A DNA stretch of 47,336 nt from Candidatus Altarchaeum sp. (GTDB lineage: Archaea; Altiarchaeota; Altiarchaeia; Altiarchaeales; Altiarchaeaceae). The stretch is taken from positions 1-47,336 of the forward strand of contig JAGWDQ010000080.1 of NCBI GenBank assembly GCA_018260615.1, given 5' to 3'. A program made the translations under genes and the position numbers. Within the stretch, counting starts at the first letter, position 1. Each line of letters begins with the position of its first letter. Below are positions 19,629-28,460 of this stretch, piece by piece. The notes under the pieces were generated by a model that saw only the letters and a list, made by a program, of their open reading frames with translations, had not been told where the DNA came from and did not search any database.

Positions 19629-20458
19629 AGCAACTTAAGTTTTTGATGGCTGCATTTATATTGTTTGTCTTTGCTTTTGCAGGAAATGCCCATGCAACAA
19701 ACGGACCTGACGGGAGCAATTCTACAGATAACTATACGGGCAACAATAATACAACACAGGCAAATGAATCAAACGAATTACAAAACATTTCTGATGAGCA
19801 ATCCCAATTATCAACTGTGGATTTCTATTGTGATATGGATGGGGACGGATTTACTGGCGAAGAATCTTCCATATCTTGTCCTTCGGATGTCAGTTCTATG
19901 AACTGTAATCTAACCAAAATTTCTAATTGTGATGTAATTGACAGGCAGAATGAGAGCATTATCCTTTTATATGAAAATACCAGAATAAACTGTTCTGTTA
20001 AAAGAGGTGTTGACTGTAATGACCATAGTCCTTCAATAAACCCGAATGCCGCTGAAATATGTAATGGGATTGATGATAATTGTAACAACAAGACCGACAA
20101 CGACGAAAAAGAAGACATTTGTCCTCTTCTTTTATACTACTGTGACAGAGATGGAGACGGCTTTATAAGTATATTGCCATCCGGAAATTGTTCAACATTT
20201 AATTGTATTCCGTCAAAATGTCAAAATGAAAGCAGAGATGACTGCGATGATAACGATGCTGCAATAAATACAACCGCAAATATGAAAGAAGTGATATTGA
20301 AGCATAATAAGACCAGAGAAATAAATTTAACAGCAACAAAAATGGAAAATTCAAAAATTTTAATAAATGTCGTTTCGCTGTTGTTTTATCTTTTTGTGGC
20401 ATTTGCCGTCGTTGTTGTTTTATCATGGATCGTTTTCAGGGAAAAATTTCATCACTAA
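19604..20458 (+). CDS. Exported Cys/Asp-rich protein with putative metal-binding (MopE-related, PF11617-like) and DxDxDG motifs and a C-terminal TM
   Basis: DCNDHSPSINPNAAEICNGIDDNCNNKTD matches the recalled DC.D....I.P.A.EIC.GID.NC consensus. Also CDMDGDGF, CDRDGDGF, DCDDNDAAIN, signal peptide AFAGNAHA and a TM near the C-terminus. Confidence 0.82.
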   Translation: MYLIILKNEQLKFLMAAFILFVFAFAGNAHATNGPDGSNSTDNYTGNNNTTQANESNELQNISDEQSQLSTVDFYCDMDGDGFTGEESSISCPSDVSSMNCNLTKISNCDVIDRQNESIILLYENTRINCSVKRGVDCNDHSPSINPNAAEICNGIDDNCNNKTDNDEKEDICPLLLYYCDRDGDGFISILPSGNCSTFNCIPSKCQNESRDDCDDNDAAINTTANMKEVILKHNKTREINLTATKMENSKILINVVSLLFYLFVAFAVVVVLSWIVFREKFHH

Positions 20459-20488
20459 AATACAGGTGGAAAAATAAAAATTACAAAA

Positions 20489-20932
20489 ATGGAAAATTTT
20501 AATAAATTTAAAGGGGCTATGGGATGTATCTTAATAGCATTATTTTTTGTTTTACTTTTAGCCGGAAATACATCTGCCGAAAATAAAACAACCGAATGTG
20601 ACAAAACAATTAGCGGGTTTTTACAAATAGAAAATCTCACTGCTGTTGATGAAAATTATAAAAAAGCAGAACAATCATTAGAAAACACAACTAATGAGTG
20701 TAAAAATGATTCGCTTTTATTCAAAATATTAGGTGTGATTATTGGAATTGCTCTCGGACTGGTTTTAACAAAGAAATGGATTGACAGAATGAAATACGAA
20801 CATATCTATAAAGTTCCTGACTTTATATGGATATTAAAAACCGGAGGAATGATAACTGTGGCAGGAATAATTTTAATTATTATAATAGGACTAATCATCG
20901 GAATTGATACTCTTACAAACATTTTATTTTAA
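20489..20932 (+). CDS. Small membrane protein (signal/anchor plus two TM)
   Basis: Three hydrophobic segments. Stop is 1 bp before the next probable ATG (20934). Confidence 0.7.
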   Translation: MENFNKFKGAMGCILIALFFVLLLAGNTSAENKTTECDKTISGFLQIENLTAVDENYKKAEQSLENTTNECKNDSLLFKILGVIIGIALGLVLTKKWIDRMKYEHIYKVPDFIWILKTGGMITVAGIILIIIIGLIIGIDTLTNILF

Positions 20933-20933
20933 G

Positions 20934-21920
20934 ATGAATATAAAAAACATATTTTTCATGTGCCTGATTCTATTCATATTTCTATTTATGGGAAATGTGT
21001 ATGGGGACAAAACGGTTGAGGAGCTGCGCAAAGACATTTCAAATATTAATACTGACTCGTCATATTCCGAGCCGGGACAGATACAAAGAACATGTCTGTC
21101 CTGGTTGTATGGAAAAGATACATACAGCAGCAACCCGAATGTGAATAAATTTACTTATGAAGTTAAATCGTTTCTTGAAAATTTTATGAGTTTGGACAAA
21201 AAGAGAATCAATGATGTAAATTCAAGAGAAGAAATGTTGAAAAATGCACCTGATTTAAAGAGTATAATTTCTCAAATGGAGGAAACATACAATTACAATT
21301 TACGCTCGGATGAAGGCAAACAGGATATAAGTGAAATAATCAAACTTTCAAAAAGCGGCTTAACAAACATGCTGGAAGATACCGGGAGTTTTTTTGAAGA
21401 AAAAGGAAATAATGAAAAAATAACAATAAAGAAAATAGAACTTCTTGAAAACGCATTGAAATGTTATAACACAACGACATCAATTGGAGGAAATATCCCC
21501 GAAGAGTTAAACAAAAAGGTCTCTGAAACAAAAATGTCTTTTTATGAAGACATAGAAAAAGCGGGAAATTCTGTCAGTGAAGGAGAAAGATATTACAACG
21601 AAACATTAAATAACAGGCAAATGACAACCATAAAAAAGGCAACTGAAAATTACAATATCGCAATTTCAATCTATGAAAAGCATAACATCCCGATGTTATC
21701 CGGTTCCGAAAAATATAAAAGTTATTACGATGCGTATAAAGATGCGACTTATAAGATGGATGAAGCAAATAAATTAGAAAATGAATTACAGACATCATTT
21801 TATATGTTTGTTGGAATAGGTGCTATAATTTTAATCATAATATTTTCTACAATATTCAGAGGACTCTCATCTTATAAAAGAGATGAAGAAAGGATGAAAA
21901 TAACAAAAATTTTCAGATAA
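20934..21920 (+). CDS. Exported helical protein with C-terminal TM and short tail
   Basis: Probable start MNIKNIFFMCLILFIFLFMGNVYG (ORF track start 20904). TM FYMFVGIGAIILIIIFSTIF, tail SYKRDEERMKITKIFR. Confidence 0.75.
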   Translation: MNIKNIFFMCLILFIFLFMGNVYGDKTVEELRKDISNINTDSSYSEPGQIQRTCLSWLYGKDTYSSNPNVNKFTYEVKSFLENFMSLDKKRINDVNSREEMLKNAPDLKSIISQMEETYNYNLRSDEGKQDISEIIKLSKSGLTNMLEDTGSFFEEKGNNEKITIKKIELLENALKCYNTTTSIGGNIPEELNKKVSETKMSFYEDIEKAGNSVSEGERYYNETLNNRQMTTIKKATENYNIAISIYEKHNIPMLSGSEKYKSYYDAYKDATYKMDEANKLENELQTSFYMFVGIGAIILIIIFSTIFRGLSSYKRDEERMKITKIFR

Positions 21921-21944
21921 AAATTTAACCTTTAAATTAACAAA

Positions 21945-23126
21945 ATGGTCCAGGTTGTCGTTGGTGTTGGTCATTGCGGAACAAAGATAGTTGATGAGAT
22001 ATATGAAAATAAGGAAATGTTTGAATTGACATATCCCATAGCATTAAATAGCGAAGCACAGGAATTAATGCAGCTTCACAATTTAAAGGAGGATAAATGG
22101 GTAGGGATAACCGGAAACGGAGAATTAGTATCTACTAAGGGTTCTATATTCGGAAAAACATTTGGGAAAAAAGAAAATTTTATTTTTAGAAATGAAGTAC
22201 GGGGTGGATTTGGAAATGACCCCGAAAGAGCCGAAGAAGTAATAAATAAGAATAAGGACTATTTCAAAAATTGTTTAGATGCAATATTTCCGGGAGATAA
22301 AATAAATTATGCGTACATTTTTCTCGGACTTGGAAGCGGAACCGGAGCGGGTGTTTCTCCTGAGATAGCAAAATATTTAAAAAACAGATATCCAACTACA
22401 AAGGTCATTGCCGTAGGAGTCATGCCAGGTAAAAGTGAGGGAGGACGCCGGGCTTATGCTGCAAGGTATGGCATGGAACAAATAGCAGAATTTGCAGATA
22501 GCTTTATATTGGTTGATAATGAAAGAATATTCAAAGAAAAAAATATAGAATTGGCTTATACAAAATATAATAAATTTGTTGCAAATTTCTTCTATCACCA
22601 AATTGGGGGAATATTCAAACATAAAATAGACCCGAGCAAATATTCTGCATGGTCGGGAAAGGTTGTCGATAATGCGGACTTACTAACAGCAACAATGTTT
22701 AAAACAGGAAATAAACGATATGTTTCTGCAATATCCTCGGAACCTATAATAGTAGCGCCTAAATTAAGATATATTTTAGACAAATTAAAATTGGGCGGTC
22801 TTGCAGGAGCAAATATCCCTACATCAGACGGGATGAAAAAATATTTTGAAGACGCTGTCTCTCATTTAACAGTAACTGTTGAGGATTTAAAAAATGTTGA
22901 AAAGGGCTTTTGTAATCTTGTGATTCCGGACAAACTTGCAAATAAAGAAATTCAGGATAAAGTAATAAGAGATAAACTGGCAGAAATATGTAAAACAGAG
23001 TATCATTTTGGTGCATCATTAACAAAGGGCTATGTGATGTATTTAAATTTATGCCTGACAATGAATGTTGAAAATGTCGGACGGCTACATGAAATATATG
23101 AAATGGCAGATAAATTTAAGCCATGA
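21945..23126 (+). CDS. CetZ/FtsZ-like tubulin-superfamily GTPase with intact T7 loop (393 aa)
   Basis: T1 VGVGHCGTKIVD, ALNS, T3 GGFGNDPE, variant signature GLGSGTGAG (22326-22352), VMPGKSEG, FILVDNE, T7 VVDNAD (22662-22679). Confidence 0.9.
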   Translation: MVQVVVGVGHCGTKIVDEIYENKEMFELTYPIALNSEAQELMQLHNLKEDKWVGITGNGELVSTKGSIFGKTFGKKENFIFRNEVRGGFGNDPERAEEVINKNKDYFKNCLDAIFPGDKINYAYIFLGLGSGTGAGVSPEIAKYLKNRYPTTKVIAVGVMPGKSEGGRRAYAARYGMEQIAEFADSFILVDNERIFKEKNIELAYTKYNKFVANFFYHQIGGIFKHKIDPSKYSAWSGKVVDNADLLTATMFKTGNKRYVSAISSEPIIVAPKLRYILDKLKLGGLAGANIPTSDGMKKYFEDAVSHLTVTVEDLKNVEKGFCNLVIPDKLANKEIQDKVIRDKLAEICKTEYHFGASLTKGYVMYLNLCLTMNVENVGRLHEIYEMADKFKP

Positions 23127-23279
23127 TGGTTGAGTTGCAAATGAATTGGAACAAAAATTGGCTATTTATAAGAGGGGATGATATTTAAAAATTATGTCAA
23201 AAATTTTAAAGATTGTTGATTTTTTTAGGCACTGTAAAAAGCGTGGCTTTTATTTTCTGAATCTGCGATAATCTCTCGC

Positions 23280-23358
23280 TTACGCTCACTTCGTTCGTAT
23301 ATTCACAAAATCACCTTATCTCATTTGGAGATTTAAAATTTCTAAAGAAATTTTAAAT
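23280..23358. repeat. Intergenic repeat module TTACGCTCACTTCGTTC plus an AT-rich perfect hairpin
   Basis: 16/17 identical to 36224-36240. Hairpin ATTTAAAATTTC-taaa-GAAATTTTAAAT at 23331-23358. Lies between convergent genes. Confidence 0.6.
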
Positions 23359-23660
23359 ATGAGAAATTTCTGAAATTTTGTATTTTGTGGCCCATTAGCA
23401 CGATGAAATTTTTATTTTTTTACCCGTAATTTTTTGCAAACAATTTTTAAAATTTACCTTCATTTTATAAGTTAAAAAATTATACTTGTATTGTCCTTAT
23501 TTAAGTATTAACTTACACTTTTAAAGATGAAATCTCATATATTTTCTGTTTTTGTGTGTCGTTTTAATTTTTCTGTCGTGCTGATGGGTAGTAGTATTAT
23601 GATCTCACAATATTGAAAATAAGATCAAAAACTATTAAGTTTTAAAGAGTGTTTGATTAT

Positions 23661-24764
23661 TTATTTCAGATGAGTGTATTTTTTAGTTATCGGGTCAACT
23701 GCTATTTTTTCTCCGGTTGAGTTGGCGATATAACCAGGATAACCATATTTTCCAGCGGTGGATTCTAAAATCACGCACTGTTGGCCATCTATTTGATAAT
23801 AAGATATTTCTTTGTCTTTCATAAGTTCGGAAGTGGAATAGGAATAATAAAATGCTACACCCAGGTCAACGGTTGCATCATTGGAATTGTTGTTCACAAG
23901 TACTAACCCGCTACCAATAGATAAATGCCCACAAGATTCACTCGTTTTTAAAATATTTTGTTTTTTACAAGAGGCATAATGAGTAAATGTATCGTCTTTG
24001 CTCAGAAGCGCAAAATCATTTTTTGTCGGAACAACATAAACTGTGAGAGGTTGTGAGGAAGAGATATTATATTTTATATTCATAAAATCTATTGGTGCGG
24101 TAAAATTTGAAATGTTACTGCCATAATAGTAATTGTATCTTTCAGGCAGAACAAAAGTTTCCTTTTTTTCGCTTACAATGAAAAGATTCTCATCTTCAAT
24201 GACAACTTTGTAATACCCTCTTTTTTCAATATCCTTTGAGAATTGAGCAACAACATCTTCTTTTACATATTGTTCCATGTTTTTGGTATTTATTCCGCAG
24301 GCAAGAGAATAGGTATGATTATCAGTTAAAACAATGTATGTTTTAATGCCTATATTTTCTAAAAGTGAATTAAGCAAAATTGTTAGATCTTCGCAATCTC
24401 CACCTTTAATATCCATAGTTTCATCTGGAGATTGAATATATTCCTGACCTGTCGGATCGCTGTAATACTTGTAATTTTCAACTATGTATAAATATATTTT
24501 ATTTAATTGGCATTCTTTATCCCCGGAAGGGCAATCTCCGGCAATAGAAGCAGCTTTACTTCTTAAATTTTTGTCTTTAAATATGATTTTAGTCATGTAT
24601 GGTTCCGCCCTCTGAATTACAGAATCATTTGATTTTTCATCGGAAGATAATTCCTCACTATCATTTTGATACTCTTCCTCATCTTCAGTTTGGATACACC
24701 CACTAATAAAAATTACTAAAATCAAGAGCAGCCCAATAATAATTTTTGTGATTTCACACTTCAT
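23661..24764 (-). CDS. Transglutaminase-like cysteine-protease-domain lipoprotein
   Basis: Lipobox-like FISGC, YYSDPTGQEYIQSPDET, catalytic-type GDCEDLTILL, NHTY. Confidence 0.85.
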   Translation of the reverse strand: MKCEITKIIIGLLLILVIFISGCIQTEDEEEYQNDSEELSSDEKSNDSVIQRAEPYMTKIIFKDKNLRSKAASIAGDCPSGDKECQLNKIYLYIVENYKYYSDPTGQEYIQSPDETMDIKGGDCEDLTILLNSLLENIGIKTYIVLTDNHTYSLACGINTKNMEQYVKEDVVAQFSKDIEKRGYYKVVIEDENLFIVSEKKETFVLPERYNYYYGSNISNFTAPIDFMNIKYNISSSQPLTVYVVPTKNDFALLSKDDTFTHYASCKKQNILKTSESCGHLSIGSGLVLVNNNSNDATVDLGVAFYYSYSTSELMKDKEISYYQIDGQQCVILESTAGKYGYPGYIANSTGEKIAVDPITKKYTHLK

Positions 24765-24908
24765 ATTAAAATGATTAAGACTAAACGCATAAAAATTTTA
24801 TCAGTAAATTATGAATTTAAAACAAATTTTTCATTATTAAACACAAATTTTTGTGGACCGAATTGTTACAAATACTTAAACAAAAAATTAATTATACTTT
24901 ATAAGAAA

Positions 24909-25136
24909 ATGGAGATATGGGAAGGTAATCCAAATATAGAAGCATACCACAAAATGGAAGAATAATTATTAAAGAAATACCACGGCAAAGTGGCAGTATT
25001 CTGCAATGGAAAATTAGCCGCTATAGACGACGATATAGTAAAAGCAGTTGAGAAAGCAAAGAAGGCATACAAAGGAAAAACATTTTTTATAAAAACATTG
25101 TTTAGTGCAAAAGAGCAATACGAAGCATTATTATGA
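24909..25136 (+). pseudogene. Pseudogene paralog of the 25757-25984 gene, broken by one nonsense codon
   Basis: Same 228-nt length as 25757-25984. Codon 19 is TAA (24963-24965) where the intact copy has GAA, and the frame stays open afterwards (LLKKYHGKVAVFCNGKLAAI...). Confidence 0.85.
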
Positions 25137-25336
25137 AATCAAAAATGAGTTTTAAATATAGAAACTGCTAACCCACCTGCTGCATGTTCCACAAGTATTG
25201 CGTTTGTCTCCTTTCTTGCTTTGTGAACCTCTCCTACTACATCCTTGTCCTTTAATATTCTCATAATTTTTGTTTTCATTCTCATTTTTTACCATTAAAA
25301 TAATTAATCTTACATTCAATTAAAATCAATCTTAAA

Positions 25337-25670
25337 ATGATTATCAGCCCCCGGAAAACTGATGCTCTTCGGAGAACACAGCGTTGTCTATGGAAACCCC
25401 TGCATTGCAACAAGTATAAATAAACGACTTGATGTTTATTTGAACGATAAAAATGAAAACGGAAAAGAATTAGAATGCACAACAATTGATGCACTCGGAA
25501 TTAATGCAAAATTTCCTTCTAACTTTGAACAGCATAAATTTTTAAATTTAACAATTGCGAAATTTTTTGAGAAATACGGACAGAAAAATTTTGAAATCAC
25601 AACAAAACCAATACTAAAGGGTTTGGGAAGTTCATCCGCTGTTGCTACTATTTTCTATTTTTTGGAATAA
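25337..25670 (+). pseudogene. Truncated, frameshifted 5' copy of mevalonate kinase
   Basis: 25315-25643 aligns to 26446-26779. A 5-bp deletion (CATTC) follows ATGATT, and homology ends just after the GLGSSSA motif. Confidence 0.9.
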
Positions 25671-25756
25671 TTTAATCTAATAATGTAATGTTAATTTAAT
25701 TTATTTAATGAATTTTTCAAAACATAAAACTTGAGTATAATTTATTCTATAATAAA

Positions 25757-25984
25757 ATGGAAATATGGGAAGGAAATCCGAATATGGAAGCATTCCATCA
25801 GATGGAAGAAGAATTATTGAAGAAACACCACGGCAAAGTGGCGGTCTTTTGCAATGGAAAATTGGCAGCCATAGGTGAAGACATAGTAAAAGCAATTGAA
25901 AAGGCAAAGAAAGTTTACAATGGAAAAACCTTTTTTGTAAGAGAATTGTTTACAGCAGAAGAACAATCAGAAGCAATACTATAA
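25757..25984 (+). CDS. DUF5678-like small protein
   Basis: EELLKKHHGKVAVFCNGKLAAIGED...AIEKAKK resembles the L..Y.GK+VA+..G++...G pattern. Stop is 1 bp before the protease gene. Confidence 0.65.
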   Translation: MEIWEGNPNMEAFHQMEEELLKKHHGKVAVFCNGKLAAIGEDIVKAIEKAKKVYNGKTFFVRELFTAEEQSEAIL

Positions 25985-25985
25985 G

Positions 25986-26411
25986 ATGAAGTGTTGGAAA
26001 TATAGGAATGATATGCCGCAGGTTCCAGTACGGCTGATTGGAAAAATAAGTGTTGAGGAATGGGCTCTTGTGGATAGCGGAGCAACCTATTGTGTAGTTC
26101 ACCCAACGATTGCCATAGCAATGGAATTAAAATTTACAGGTGAGAAACAAGTGTATGGATTGGGTAGCAAAAAACCCGTACTTGCAGATGTAGCGAACAT
26201 AGAACTTGAGATTGGCGATTTCAGAGAAAAAATTGATGTTGTATGTATAAAAGAAGAGTATTATCCTATAAAAGCACATAAGGTGATTATAGGCAGAAAT
26301 TTTTTGAATAAGTATGCGATTATTCTAGATGGTGAAAAGATATATCTTGAAGATAAAGAAATGTTGAAGAAAAAGTTGAGAGAATATAACCAAACATCAC
26401 CCTGCCAATAG
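25986..26411 (+). CDS. Retropepsin-like (clan AA) aspartyl protease
   Basis: ALVDSGATYCVV catalytic motif and IIGRNFL second motif. Confidence 0.88.
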   Translation: MKCWKYRNDMPQVPVRLIGKISVEEWALVDSGATYCVVHPTIAIAMELKFTGEKQVYGLGSKKPVLADVANIELEIGDFREKIDVVCIKEEYYPIKAHKVIIGRNFLNKYAIILDGEKIYLEDKEMLKKKLREYNQTSPCQ

Positions 26412-26467
26412 GGATTTTATTAGTGATTTATAATTAATTTCATCTTTCAATTAAAATCAATCTTAAA

Positions 26468-27418
26468 ATGATTCATTCATCAGCCCCCGGAAAACTGATG
26501 CTCTTCGGAGAACACAGCGTTATCTATGGAAACCCCTGTATAGCAACAAGTATAAATAAACGACTTGATGTTTATTTGAACGATAAAAATGAAAACGGAA
26601 AAGAATTAGAATGCACAACAATTGATGCACTCGGAATTAATGCAAAATTTCCTTCTAACTTTGAACAGCATAAATTTTTAAATTTAACAATTGCGAAATT
26701 TTTTGAGAAATACGGACAGAAAAATTTTGAACTGACAACAAAACCAATGCCAAAAGGTCTTGGTAGTTCATCTGCGGTTGTTGTTGCAGCGGTAAAAGCA
26801 CTTTCAGCATTATATAATTTAACATGGAGCAACGACGAAATTTTTAAATTTTCTTATGAGATAGTTAAAGAAGGTCAAAATGGCAGGGCATCCGGATATG
26901 ATATTGCTGTTGCTGTATATGGGGGGACAATAAGATATGAAAATAAAAACGGAGATATGAAGGTAAAGAAATTAAAGAACATCAGAAATTTAATCGCAAT
27001 TGATACTGGAATTAAGTCCTCAACAACAGAACTTGTCCGGGAAATTTCCGAAAAGCGGAACAAATACAAAGAAATTTTTGACGGAATTTTTAAAATCATA
27101 AATAAAATCGTTGACGAAGGCGAAAAGGAAATAATGAATGAAAATTATGAAAAAATTGGCGAACTGATGAATATAAATCACGGGATTTTAAATGCTATGG
27201 GATTAAGCACTTATGAAATTGAAATTTTAATCAACGGAATAAAACCATACTGTTACGGGGCAAAAATTTCAGGAGCTGGAAGAGGAGATTACATAATAGC
27301 AATTTGTAAAGAGCAAAGCAAGAATGACTTAATGAATTATTTGAGGGATAGAAAAATTGAGGCGTTTGAAATTTTGCCGGCTGAAGGGGTTGATGTAAAA
27401 TTTATTAAAAATTTATAA
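26468..27418 (+). CDS. mvk: Mevalonate kinase (GHMP kinase)
   Basis: APGKLMLFGEHSVIYG, PKGLGSSSA, ASGYDIA, GAKISGAGRG. Confidence 0.9.
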   Translation: MIHSSAPGKLMLFGEHSVIYGNPCIATSINKRLDVYLNDKNENGKELECTTIDALGINAKFPSNFEQHKFLNLTIAKFFEKYGQKNFELTTKPMPKGLGSSSAVVVAAVKALSALYNLTWSNDEIFKFSYEIVKEGQNGRASGYDIAVAVYGGTIRYENKNGDMKVKKLKNIRNLIAIDTGIKSSTTELVREISEKRNKYKEIFDGIFKIINKIVDEGEKEIMNENYEKIGELMNINHGILNAMGLSTYEIEILINGIKPYCYGAKISGAGRGDYIIAICKEQSKNDLMNYLRDRKIEAFEILPAEGVDVKFIKNL

Positions 27419-27419
27419 A

Positions 27420-28307
27420 ATGGAATCAGATAATGCCTTGGTTGTATTTCAGGGAAAGGGCATCAGAAGAATATGGCATAATGATGGATGGTATTTTTCA
27501 GTGGTTGATGTATGTGGAGTGCTTACAGACAGCGTTGATGCCGGAGCATACTGGAGGAAGTTGAAACAACGGCTATCAGAAGAAGGAAGTGAGGTCGTGA
27601 CATTTTGTCACGGACTGAAATTAGAAGCTTCTGACGGCAAAAAATATATAACTGACTGCTCTGACACAGAAGGAATTCTTCGTATTATCCAGTCAGTCCC
27701 TTCCCCTAAGGCAGAGCCATTTAAGCGCTGGCTGGCAAAAGTCGGCTATGAGAGAATACAGGAAATAGAAAACCCGGAACTTGCACAGGAGCGGGCAAAG
27801 AAATACTATGAACTAAAAGGTTATTCTAAAAACTGGATTGACAAACGATTAAGAGGAATTGCCATAAGACAGGACTTAACGGATGAATGGAAAGAAAGAG
27901 GAATTGAAGAGAACAAGGATTATGCTATTCTTACAAACGAGATTTCAAAGGCAACATTTGGCGTATCAGTCAAAGACCATAAAGAAATAAAAGGTCTTGA
28001 CCCGAAGTTTAAAAACCAGAATTTACGAGACCACATGACGGATTTGGAATTAATTTTCACAATGCTTGGCGAGGCATCAACGACTGAAATAACAAAATCA
28101 GATAACTCCGAGGGGCTTGAAGAATGTCTTGAATCGGCAAAAGAAGGCGGAAAAATTGCAGGAAATGCGAGACATGAATTGGAAAATAGAACGGGAAGGA
28201 AAGTTGTGAACAAAGATAATTACGATAAAATTGCCGGGAAAGTGAAAAAAGTAGAGGACAATTCAAAACTAATATCTCAGAAAAAGAAATTAAAAGATTA
28301 TGTGTGA
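27420..28307 (+). CDS. BRO-N domain protein (phage antirepressor-like)
   Basis: IRRIWHNDGWYFSVVDV, YWRKLKQRL, RIIQSVPSPKAEPFKRWLAKVGYERIQEI, NLRDHMTDLELIF. Confidence 0.85.
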   Translation: MESDNALVVFQGKGIRRIWHNDGWYFSVVDVCGVLTDSVDAGAYWRKLKQRLSEEGSEVVTFCHGLKLEASDGKKYITDCSDTEGILRIIQSVPSPKAEPFKRWLAKVGYERIQEIENPELAQERAKKYYELKGYSKNWIDKRLRGIAIRQDLTDEWKERGIEENKDYAILTNEISKATFGVSVKDHKEIKGLDPKFKNQNLRDHMTDLELIFTMLGEASTTEITKSDNSEGLEECLESAKEGGKIAGNARHELENRTGRKVVNKDNYDKIAGKVKKVEDNSKLISQKKKLKDYV

Positions 28308-28308
28308 G

Positions 28309-28368
28309 AGAAAAATTGAAAATTTTGAAATTTTGCCGGCTGAATGGGTTGATGTTGAAATTTATTAA
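28309..28368 (+). repeat. Degenerate duplicate of the mvk 3' end (27350-27408)
   Basis: TTTGAAATTTTGCCGGCTGAA(G/T)GGGTTGATGT is shared, with similar flanks. The two copies bracket the BRO gene. Confidence 0.85.
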
Positions 28369-28460
28369 GCCAAATTTAGTTCCGTAAATTTTATAAATTT
28401 GAACAATTTTTAAAGAAATTTTAATTATTTTATCGGAATTAAAACGAATGAAAATTTAAA

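Noticed and set aside
24771-24965. 64-aa ORF from the track as a real gene
   Set aside because: It is an upstream extension of the interrupted DUF5678-like pseudogene starting at 24909.
25139-25285. 48-aa minus-strand ORF MRMKTKIMRILKDKDVVGEVHKARKETNAILVEHAAGGLAVSIFKTHF
   Set aside because: Short, no recognisable family, and located in a decayed duplicated region. Cannot be supported as a gene.
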